A stretch of 64,000 nt of DNA from Podarcis cretensis (lineage: Eukaryota), in assembly GCA_951804945.1 (NCBI GenBank), contig OX638164.1:7564001-7628000 (forward strand), in the 5' to 3' direction. This document shows positions 1-9,870 of this stretch, one piece after another. Position numbers and translations under genes: made by a program. The first letter of the stretch is position 1. Every line of letters begins with the position of its first letter. The notes beneath the pieces were generated by a model. It was given only the letters and a program-made list of their open reading frames with translations, ran no database searches and had not been told where the DNA came from.

Positions 1-428
1 AACATTAAAACTCACCCACCCACTAGAGCAAGAGTCCTTGCTATAGCGGAGAGAGCCTTCTGCATACAGCCTGCAGATACTTAAGCCTTTTTATACTCCT
101 TCCTGTTCCTATAGCCTCCCTTGTCCGAGATTTAAGGGCCACCTTCATCCGTATGGACCTACCTGGGATTTAAGATCAGCATCAGAGCAGCTCTCTGGCT
201 CATTACCAGCAATGAACGGTGCCTCCAGTCACTATTCTGTAGGAAGGATTCAAACGCACACCAGAAATTTAGGTTTCTTGTCAAGGGACTCTAGATTAGA
301 AGGGAAACCATACTCTGACCCTTCCATCAACCATAAACTGTGTGCTTACAAATGATCTATGCAGTATTACCATCTGCTTGCAAGCTGCCTTAAAAGTAAT
401 TTAATTTAAAGGCAGGATATAGCTATTC

Positions 429-500
429 AAAATAAATAAATAAATAAATAAATAAATATACCTTCACAACAGAAAAATATAAAATAGGAATACAAAATAC

Positions 501-534
<34 letters not shown>

Positions 535-540
535 CAACAT
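429..540 (+). repeat. (AAAT)n and (AAT)n microsatellites
   Basis: Seen directly in the sequence. Confidence 0.85.
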
Positions 541-977
541 ATAACCTCCCCTCCCAAGCTCAGTGGGTGACTTTGGACCAGTCAGTGCTCTCAGCTTAAC
601 CTACTTCTCAGGATAAAACAGGGAGGGGAAAACCATGTACACCACCTTGAATTCCTTGGAGGAAAAGGTGGTATATAAAGGTGATAAATAAATAAAATAA
701 AATACGCTCCCCTAACCTGTTGCCGCCAGATGTTTTACACTACAACTCACATCCCTGACCATCGGCTATGCCAGCAGCTGATGCAAGTCCGAAACATCTG
801 CAGGGCACCACATTGTGTTTTTTATATTGTAGTTTCATATTGTGAACCACCCTGAAATCTGCAGGTATAGGGTGATATACAAATTTAATAAATAAATAAT
901 AAAAGAAGGCTGAAAACTCGGGGTTAGTCACAAAACCCCTGCAGCACGAGGAAGCGGCAATCTATTTGCAACAACTG

Positions 978-1290
978 ATCTTCTCTTCTTCGGAGATCCC
1001 TCCTAGCTGAGTAAGATTGTCTTCCATGAATACTGTATGGTCTTCCCGGTGTGTCCTTTAAGTGACTGCGGAGGTCAATTCTGGATCCGCAGGTCCTTCC
1101 ACAGTGGGGACATAGGTTTCCAGGCGACAGTTGATCACAGTGAGGATTTGCCAAACCTGCCTTCTTCTTAGCACGTTTCTCCCTTTCGTCCTGCGTTTGT
1201 GCTTCTTCATAGCCTATGGCGCCTTTGGTAGAGGCTGTTCTCCAGCTGGAGCACTCGCAGTGCCACTGATAAGTGGGCATTCGAACACTG
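978..1290 (-). mobile_element. RTE-clade LINE 3' end
   Basis: Minus-strand translation contains CPHCGRTCGSRIDLRSHL, the RTE ORF2 C-terminal Zn motif, followed by an (AAG)-type tail. A second copy lies at 29657-29885. Confidence 0.8.
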
Positions 1291-1299
1291 GTTTATCTC

Positions 1300-2870
1300 A
1301 TTCACACGTTACGTGTGTGGTGTACAACTTCAATATCCAGGTCTACATGAAAGGGACGGGGCGGGGACTATGGTAATAGATGCACCTGCTCTTAGTTTTA
1401 CATCTAAGAGTGTAAGGTCTACTGGGGCGGGTTTTTGTTTTTTGTTTGCCGTCTATTCTCCTCTGCCCTCACGCCCCATTGGCCAACCGCTCGGCATTGT
1501 GGGACTATTCCTTTCCTTGGCGCCAAGACCCTCTCACGCGTGTTGCATTGTGGGGGAAGCTCATCTCCCTCCGGATCTTCTTCGCAAGTACTTTTAACGG
1601 TCCGCACGGCTTGAGGGCTAACGGAAGCGCCTTCGCTCCGCACGGCTTAAAAAATAACAAGTCGTCCCGCTTTTCCCTCACCGCCTCGTTAAAACAAACG
1701 TGCGCCAACCTCTCCTCGTAGCCTCCAGCAGAAATAAGTCGGGACTACTTTTTTTCCCTTACTCGGAATGGGGGGGTATTAGGTTCGGCGCATGCGCCCT
1801 TCGAAGGCGGATGTAGCGAACGGCAACCATGAAGTGAGTGTCTCCACGGCCCGCCTCCCAGCCAGCAGAGTGTGACGTCGAGGCGGCGCGGAAGGATCCT
1901 TGCGCAGGGCAGGTAGGGCCGCGTGAGGCGGACGCCATTTTGTGGCGGCTGCAAAGAGTGGGAACGAAAAGAGGAGGAGGCGCCTCGCTGCTGCTACTAC
2001 CGCTGCCGCCGCCACGACCAACGCCGCCGCCGCCACCTTCCTTGCTTTTCCTCTCCCGCCTTTTCCTCCCTTCTCTCTTTTTTTAAAAAACAATTTTACC
2101 TCAGCTCCTTTTTAAAATATATGCCCCTATAAATCTCCACCTGCCCTTTTCCCACCCGCTCCCGGGCCTCCTCTCGTCGGCTCCGTCTTCCATTTTTCTC
2201 CCCTCACACGCGCCCACCACCCAACCGCAACCATTGCCGACCTCGCTATGTCTGGTGGCGGCGTGATCCGCGGCCCGGCCGGGAACAACGACTGCCGCAT
2301 CTACGTGGGGAACCTGCCGCCGGACATCCGCACCAAGGACATCGAGGACGTTTTCTACAAGTACGGCGCCATCCGGGACATCGACCTCAAGAACCGCCGC
2401 GGGGGCCCGCCGTTCGCCTTCGTCGAGTTCGAGGACCCCAGGTGGGAAGGGCGGGCGAGGGGCTGCTTCGGGGGCGGAAGGAGGAGGGGAGGGAGAGGGT
2501 CGGCTGAAGAGATCCGCCGCAGCCGAGCAGGGCCTCGTCTTCCACTCGAGAGTAGGCCCGACGAAATCCATCGGCTGCCATCGTTGACTCCGGGGGGGGG
2601 GGATTTGGCGCTTGCATGCCGCCCGCAGCTGCGGAATGCGAAACTCGGAACGGCTTCCTTAGCGCGAATCCTGCCTCGTGCGCACGTTCCTCTTAACACG
2701 CCGCCTCTGCCTCGTGCTGCACGCTCGGGGCGAAGGAATCTCGACGTCATGTAAAGAAAAACAGCCGCCCTGGGTTATATCCCGCGGGCCAACTCGAGAG
2801 TAGGGCTGGGCGTTAGGTGCCACCCGCAATTGGAAATGCGCCGTGGAAACGGATGAGCACTCCGGTGCGG
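1300..2870 (+). promoter_or_regulatory. SRSF1 CpG-island promoter and 5' UTR
   Basis: CpG-dense. ZNF143-type GGCATTGTGGGA (1493-1504), NRF1 GCGCATGCGC (1788-1797), CRE-like TGACGTC (1873-1879), YY1 CGCCATTTT (1933-1941), CCG repeats. Confidence 0.85.
2248..2441 (+). CDS. SRSF1: SRSF1 (ASF/SF2) coding exon 1, N-terminal part of RRM1
   Basis: ATG at 2248 reads [64 protein letters not shown], the SRSF1 N-terminus. Donor AG|GTGGGA at 2441/2442; 194 nt. Confidence 0.98.
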
Positions 2871-5756
2871 GTTTTTCCTACAAGGCCACATTTTTCTACG
2901 TGGTTTTTGGCTAGGTGGTGGTTATTTTTAAGTGGGGGGGGGCAAAGCGATTTTCCCCAATGTTTTATAAAAATCCAGCGTAAAGGCCACTGATTTCAAT
3001 AGTCTGCTCTTGAGTAGGACTGGGAGGCAGATGGCCAATTAGAACCATTGGGTTGTATCACACTTTTATTCAAGAGTAGAATTGAAACCTGGAGGCATGA
3101 GTCCATAAGATTGGGCTCTGTTTCTTTACATGTTTGAATCCTTGGGATTTCTGTTTTACATGCTTTTTATATGTATGTTTTTAATACAGCTGTTTTATTT
3201 GTGTTAGGCTGTGTTTTTGTTTAACGTTTTAATGATGTATTGTTTGTTTATGGGGTACACACCACTTAGAGTTTTTTGAAATATTGAACGGATTTTAAAT
3301 GCTTTTAAATAAACAAATTGTGACCTTTATTTTCAATGGATTCACTCTGAGGATACAAACCAGTAGGTCTACTTTTTGAGTAGGACTAAAATTGGGCATA
3401 GCCAATTTTGTGTACTTGTTTAAAAACAGGATCCTAAATCATTACTTTTCAGAAAGTAACAAACAGTTGAATTCAGTAGGGCTTACCTCCAGGTAAGTGA
3501 AGTTAGAGTTGCAACCTGTGGTGGTTGTTTCTTTCCCCCCTACTTTCTTAGCTCAAATTCAAAGGTTTTTATATATCTTTCTTTTTGTCTTCACAACAAT
3601 CCTGTGGAGTAGGTCAGGCTGAGATAAACACACTGGCCCAAGGACCCTAAGGCTTTGGGTGATGGGGAGAGAGTGTTTATAGCTAGCAGAGCTGTACTTA
3701 GAAAACGTTTACTACTTCTAGATAATTTATCCTGGCCTTCATAAGTGCTCTGCATATCTAACCAATCCAAAACCCATACCTCTTTGTCAGTTCTTGCACC
3801 AACCCTGTTAGATAAGTTAGGCAGAGAAAATGAGAGTGCCAAAGGCCACTTCATATGCTCTAAAGGTTGAGGACTTTGAATCATTTTCTTGTAGTAGCCC
3901 TGCTAGGAGGCTATGCTGATATACGGTGACTGGCTCCCAAGATCCTTGAGCTAGTCACATGCTGTCAGCTTGATGTACCTTGCAGGGTGGTTGTAAAGGA
4001 TAAATGATTTATATCCCCACACAACCCCATGAAGCCCACTGGGCTATCACTATCAGCTTTTTTTTTACTATTACTCAGCTTGACCTGCCTCACAGGGTTG
4101 TTGTGCAATGCTCAGAGAGCCTTGGAGATATGGAGGAATTAAAATGTAGTAATATGCAGTCCCATATAAATCTTTACTATGCATTCATAGGATTTGACAC
4201 TGTTGTTTATTTTCTTGTTTGTTGCTTCAGGAAAGGAAGGTGGGTTGCAGGTATTAAATGAAATAAAAATGGAATGATCCTGTGAGTGCTTGCTTGGAAG
4301 CATGTTTTCCTAAGCCAGTTGTCTTCAAGCCTTTTTGCCCCAAAATTCATGTTTAACTCCCAGGCTTTTAGTGATGAAATTTCATGCTTCACTGTGTACG
4401 TGTAGCATTGTGTTAATTAATTGCTCTTTTTAAAATAATGTTACAAAAGCTTGTATTGCCTTACAGCCAAATGTCATCACAATTATTCTTAAACTTTATT
4501 GCTAGCCACCTTAGAAGCTTCTGCTGAAATGCAGAGTAGATTTTTGCTAAAGACACAAACTACAACTTAAAAGTAGGACCCACCCATTTTTAAAATCAAT
4601 TTTGTATTGCTTCTTAGGTCTCAAGGGCAGACAGAACCTCTATACTGCACTTTTTGTGTATAAAATGAGATTTTATTTGGGAGAAACTATGCCTGTGGAA
4701 ATTTCCACTTTCACAACTTTTCAGAATTTGTGGGGCTGTTCTTCATTGCCTCTGTTTTCTCCTGTTTTTATCAATTGTCCCAATGCTTTTGAATGCATAG
4801 AAGATTACAACATATTACATATTTGTGAGCAGTTTGGTAAAAAAAAAACCCACTTGCATGCTTTCTTGTGCATCTCTATGTGTAAAAGGTTAAAATATTT
4901 TTCTTATGAATAAAAATTTAGGGGAGGGACCTGGAAATTCCCCAAGAGTGGTGCAAGCCCTGGGTCCTGGTGTAGGCAGACATCATTTACTGCCTCTCTC
5001 TTGAGACTCAAGAGAACTTTTACAGTTTTGTTGATTTTTCTACATGGAACCCCACAACTCAAGGCTTTTGTACACACATCCCAACATGGCTATACAGCAG
5101 AATCTTAAGACAGAGAGAGCTGATCTACAAGTTGTGCACAATGCAGTAGAAGAATTCCAAACTAGCATTTCATACTACAACTTGAATTATCATTAACACT
5201 GAAGAGAGGATTAGAGTGACCATCTTCCTGAGGTGCTACTTTAACTATAAGCAGTCTCTTATAAGTGTATGTACACTTGTAAGTGTACATAGAGTTGCAG
5301 AACTTCAAAAGTTCATTTATTATTTTTTGTACTGTTCTGGTTTTTTAACAAGAGCATGCATAAATGGCAAGTAGTTTTCTTATAAAAGTAGTGGCTAGTA
5401 TTCAACTAAATCATTGTGGACAAACCTCCCCTCCCATTTTCTCACCCCACATGCTCTCCCATCTGCTCTGTGGCTTCCCCTAATGATTCAGAGCAGATTT
5501 GGGACTGTGCCAGAGAAGGGGGCAGGGAGGGAAGGAAGGAAAAGTTCACAGTGATTTAGTTGGGATACAGCTCAGTACATGTTACTAAAATCTTGTTAAT
5601 GACTTAAAATCATGTCTTTGTTTTACATAAAAGTAACATTCTTTTAAGTAATTAACAAGGTTTTAGTTCCTGTTCTGTTGTGGTGGTCTGGTTCCTTCAT
5701 GCATTGGCATAGCACATGCAAATATAAAAGGCTCCACAATGCACAAACTCAGGCAC

Positions 5757-6110
5757 TAGAGGAGGTTATGAGGTGATATGATAGCCATGTTCAAATATAT
5801 AAAACGATGTCACATAGAGGAGGGAGAAAGGTTGTTTTCTGCTGCTCCAGAGAAGCGGACACGGAGCAATGGATCCAAACTACAAGAAAGAAGATTCCAC
5901 CTAAACATTAGGAAGAACTTTCTGACAGTAAGAGCTGTTCAACAGTGGAATTTGCTGCCAAGGAGTGTAGTGGAGTCTCCTTCTTTGGAGGTCTTTAAGC
6001 AGAGGCTTGACAACCATATGTCAGGAGTGCTCTGATCGTGTTTTCTGCTTGGCAGGGGGTTGGACTCGATGGCCCTTGTGGTCTCTTCCAACTCTATGAT
6101 TCTGTGATAC
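5757..6110 (+). mobile_element. CR1 LINE 3' fragment in SRSF1 intron 1
   Basis: ORF MIAMFKYIK...FLTVRAVQQWNLLPRSVVESPSLEVFKQRLD and a (TTCTATGA)-type tail. Confidence 0.88.
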
Positions 6111-6304
6111 TGATTTTATCCAGCCTTTCCCTCTAGCTTTCTATATACCACTGTGTGTTTAGGCCGGGATCCCTTGTACGAGTTGCTTCCTCGTTCCACC
6201 TATCTTTGCTTTGCTTTTCCCTCCCAAACCCCCACAGGTGGGTCAAATTCCATGCTTGACATGACACAGGGTACAGCTCTGTTACTTGTTTCCCAGTTCT
6301 AGCT

Positions 6305-6438
6305 CAGGGTTTTCCAAACTTGGGTCTCCATCTGTTTTTGGCCTACAACTCCCATCATCCCAGACCACTGGTCCTGGTAGCTAGGGATGATGGGAGTTGT
6401 GGTCCAAACAGCTGGAGGCAAAAGTTTGGGAAACACTG
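6305..6438. mobile_element. Palindromic hAT-type MITE
   Basis: CAGGGTTTTCCAAACT...AGTTTGGGAAACACTG ends, with inverted internal CTACAACTCCCATCATCCC / GGGATGATGGGAGTTGT. Confidence 0.7.
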
Positions 6439-6678
6439 ATCTAGTGCTACACCATTCCAACCTAACTTGTGCTCAGGTGAAAAGTTTTGTCACTCAGGAC
6501 TGTTGGTTTCTCCCCTTGCAACTGCAAGCCTATATAGGATAGTGACCTGTACTTCTAGTGTCATTTACTTAACAAGGGAGGGGCAGTGACATGCTGCCCA
6601 GTAACAAACGCACAATGCACTGCCAGCTCTCAGGAACCTTTGATCTATCTTCAGTGTGGTCCTCTTCCATTTTTGCAG

Positions 6679-6863
6679 GGATGCGGAGGATGCAGTCTAC
6701 GGACGGGATGGATATGATTATGATGGGTATCGTCTACGTGTGGAGTTTCCTCGAAGTGGACGGGGCACTGGCAGGGGAGGAGGAGGCGGTGGAGGTGGTG
6801 GGGCCCCAAGGGGCAGATATGGACCCCCATCCAGGCGATCAGAGTACAGAGTGATAGTATCAG
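6679..6863 (+). CDS. SRSF1: SRSF1 coding exon 2, end of RRM1, Gly linker and start of RRM2
   Basis: Acceptor ttttgcag|G. Reads [61 protein letters not shown]. Donor CAG|GTAAGT; 185 nt; phase fits exon 1. Confidence 0.98.
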
Positions 6864-7354
6864 GTAAGTCATTTGTGCACTTGGGAAAAGCAGCTTTCTT
6901 TGTTCAAATACAGCTTGATCATCCAGGAAGAAGATAATACACATGCATGTATCAAATGTATTTCCGCTTGCAACTTTGGGCAGGTATTTAGTGAGTTCTG
7001 AGAACTTGGCATGCTGCAAAGCTTAGTTTCCATTTTCTTTTCTTAAAGTGGTTGTTTGGTCTTGTTAAAAAAAATCAAAAGCAAGCTTGCAATGGTTATT
7101 TGGGGCCCTAGTGCCTTATAGAGCTTCCTGCTTCTATTGCCTTTTTAAAACAACAATAAGCCTTTGTACTTTCCAAAAATCCTGAAACCTGGATGTATGT
7201 ACTTAAACGTGTTGTTAACATGCAACTTGCTGGAAAAATTGAATTTCTACTTGTGACCCTCTCCAAAGACAGTTCTTTCTTGAGTATATGAAGGTCTGAT
7301 GGCATCAATCTCTGCTTAATAGCATTTAACTGAAAGTAACTGTCTCTTGTTCAG

Positions 7355-7527
7355 GACTACCNNNNNNNNNNNNNNNNNNNNNNNNNNNNNNNNNNNNNNN
7401 NNNNNNNNNNNNNNNNNNNNNNNNNNNNNNNNNNNNNNNNNNNNNNNNNNNNNNNNNNNNNNNNNNNNNNNNNNNNNNNNNNNNNNNNNNNNNNNNNNNN
7501 NNNNNNNNNNNNNNNNNNNNNNNNNNN
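7355..7527 (+). CDS. SRSF1: SRSF1 coding exon 3 (RRM2), mostly hidden under an N-run; end inferred
   Basis: Acceptor tctcttgttcag|GACTACC gives G-L-P, matching GLPPSGSW. Bases 7362-7541 are N. The end assumes the 173-nt orthologous exon, which makes a 747-nt CDS. Confidence 0.8.
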
Positions 7528-7798
7528 NNNNNNNNNNNNNNTAATGTTTTGACCAGAATTGGATGCACAGGGTTACAGTTGGATGCAATAGGATGGAAGG
7601 TAAGGAGGCGCAGTCTCTGTTTGCAGCGTTAACAAATACTGAAAACATGTTGGGACATCCCATGTTAAGAATGGTATGCAGGGAGATGTGATGAAACTCC
7701 TCTTGGTTCTTGTAAAAAGACCTTCAGTCTGTCAGCATGCCTGCAAAGACAGCTCAAAAGCGTAGACCTTTCAATCGAAAGTTGTGTCTATTTGATAG

Positions 7799-7993
7799 GG
7801 AGAAACTGCCTACATCCGTGTTAAAGTTGATGGCCCAAGAAGTCCGAGTTACGGAAGATCTCGCTCTCGCAGCCGTAGTCGTAGCAGAAGCCGTAGCCGA
7901 AGCAACAGCAGAAGTCGCAGTTATTCCCCGAGAAGAAGCAGAGGATCTCCACGCTACTCTCCCCGTCACAGCAGATCACGTTCCCGTACATAA
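7799..7993 (+). CDS. SRSF1: SRSF1 coding exon 4, RS domain and stop
   Basis: Acceptor tttgatag|GGA. Reads [64 protein letters not shown], with TAA at 7991-7993. Confidence 0.98.
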   Translation, partial: GETAYIRVKVDGPRSPSYGRSRSRSRSRSRSRSRSNSRSRSYSPRRSRGSPRYSPRHSRSRSRT

Positions 7994-8405
7994 ATGATCT
8001 TTAATGGTGCTCCTTTTTGTAGAAAACCCCTCCATGTTGTACGCAGTTTTCCTTTACTCAGTACAGTCTTTCTTTTTTAAAAAAAAATTCAAGCTGTTTT
8101 ACTCAAAATTGGCTAAAGTGTTGAATTGCATTCTTGTATAATATCCCTAGTGAGTATTTGCTCCTTAACATCAACATTCCCTCATGTCTTTGATGAATTG
8201 TATTTTACCATGTCCTAGGCAGGGTTCTCTCTAGTTAGGTAGTTTGCTGCCCATATTCTCTTCCAATATGGTATTGCTGTATAATATGTCTTTGTTCAAC
8301 TATGGTTTCTACAAGCTGGGAATGTTGGGGGGAAATTGTGGTTTAACTTGTCTCTTCTGGGGGAGTTTACATTTTTATCTTGCCTTTTCATGTGTCTTTC
8401 TGTAG

Positions 8406-8525
8406 ACATATCTGAAGAGATGGATTAAGAATGCTTTGGATTAAAGGATTGTGGAACACATGTCAATCATTTTAGGATTGTCAAAAGGAGGATTGAGGAG
8501 GATCAGATCAATAATGGAGGCAATG
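8406..8525 (+). other. SRSF1: SRSF1 alternative 3' exon within the 3' UTR (HISEEMD* C-terminus, NMD-linked)
   Basis: Acceptor tgtgtctttctgtag|ACATATCTGAAGAGATGGATTAA and donor AATG|GTATGA at 8525/8526. Purine-rich GGAGGA enhancers inside. Resembles the recalled mammalian SRSF1 3' UTR. Confidence 0.75.
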
Positions 8526-9269
8526 GTATGACTCCAAGTGCTATTGTCACAGATTAAATTGGCAGTATTGACCTTATACTGAAACTAGCCTAGTACACAA
8601 CACCTCCATTGTTCCATTAGTTAGCTGTAATCTTCTAACTTCCATGATGCAATGAATGCTAAATGTACCCATGTAACTCTTCCAGTCTCTGGGGGTGGGG
8701 GGCGTATGCTGAGTGACTGCAATGTATCATTTGATTACAGGTGCAAACCATTAGTGCACCTGTAAAGTACAGGTTGTTTCAAACCTGTAAGTATAACCTC
8801 AATACTGCTAAAATCTGCATGTCCTCTGTGTGACTGATATAGCATTGCTGTTTCATCTTAAAAGTAACAGAATGAAAGCAATTATAGGAGGGGTTTTTAA
8901 ACATGGGGGATTCTTTTTAAATCCACGTCTTCCCCTTCAGGATAAGTCGAGAGTTGACTTGCATCAATTAAATTTGTTACCTCCCAGATAGTAAAATAAT
9001 GAGCTTTTAGTTTAGATATGCAGTAGGTGGATAGCTTTAGCAGCAAGTTTTTGCAACTTCATAGAAAACTTTTTTCAACCACCAAACCTGTAAAGCGCCA
9101 TATAGGAATTGATATGTTGGCATTACCAGTTACCCTGTGTAAATACTAGAATGTTTCCTCCAGATAATTAACATTGCTAAAATCTAAGCTTCACAATTCA
9201 AAAGCTTGTCTTGGGGAATTGATAGTTATGAATGCCAATCTTTATTATTCAATAGCAGACATAACTTAT

Positions 9270-9720
9270 CATTCTCCTAAATCCTATTTTTCATTACGGT
9301 ATCTAACTNNNNNNNNNNNNNNNNNNNNNNNNNNNNNNNNNNNNNNNNNNNNNNNNNNNNNNNNNNNNNNNNNNNNNNNNNNNNNNNNNNNNNNNNNNNN
9401 NNNNNNNNNNNNNNNNNNNNNNNNNNNNNNNNNNNNNNNNAGGATTCATGGAGCGGGATCAAATTACCAGGAACATAGGAGTGGATTCCTGCCCCAACCA
9501 AACCGCATTCGTGTGGATTTTTATTCAACTCAATTGGCTATTCCAAAGATTTTTCCTATTTTTGACGATTGGAGCCCTTAAGATGCACGATGGAGTTTTC
9601 ATTTTTTGGTAAAAGGAGCAAAGCAAGGACCTGGAGAGGTACGCTGGAGCATTCTCCTTGGAAGGATTCAGCACGAGTAGATGGTAAATGTTAAACGGGA
9701 AAAGGGGGGTTTGTTTAAAA
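9270..9720 (+). other. SRSF1: Highly conserved SRSF1 3' UTR element (ultraconserved-type), partly masked
   Basis: AGGATTCATGGAGCGGGATCAAATTACCAGGAACATAGGAGTGGATTCCTGCCCCAACCAAACCGCATTCG resembles the recalled mammalian SRSF1 3' UTR. N-run at 9309-9440. Confidence 0.7.
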
Positions 9721-9825
9721 ACGTTAAACCAATAAGTCATTTATCTAAATTTAAAGACAAAGAAATTGGAGTCTTAAGATTAAGTAGGTTTTCAATTGGC
9801 TATTGCCTTTTTTTTCTTTTGACAA

Positions 9826-9870
9826 AATAAAATTTTATAAAAAAGTGCATGGTGGTTCTGTTGTATTAAA
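9826..9870 (+). terminator. Candidate SRSF1 polyadenylation signals
   Basis: AATAAA at 9826-9831 and ATTAAA at 9865-9870, with GT/T-rich sequence nearby, at the end of the conserved UTR. Confidence 0.55.

Noticed and set aside
1-250. Possible LTR fragments (also about 12700-12910 and 33050-33200)
   Set aside because: Only a vague resemblance; termini and TSDs could not be defined.
1745-2754. Antisense and alternative ORFs over the SRSF1 promoter and exon 1, and the extension of ORF 2248..2754
   Set aside because: CpG-island artefacts. SRSF1 homology ends at the 2441 donor.
9174-9581. ORFs spanning N-runs (also 7316-7663)
   Set aside because: They are open only because of the N bases.
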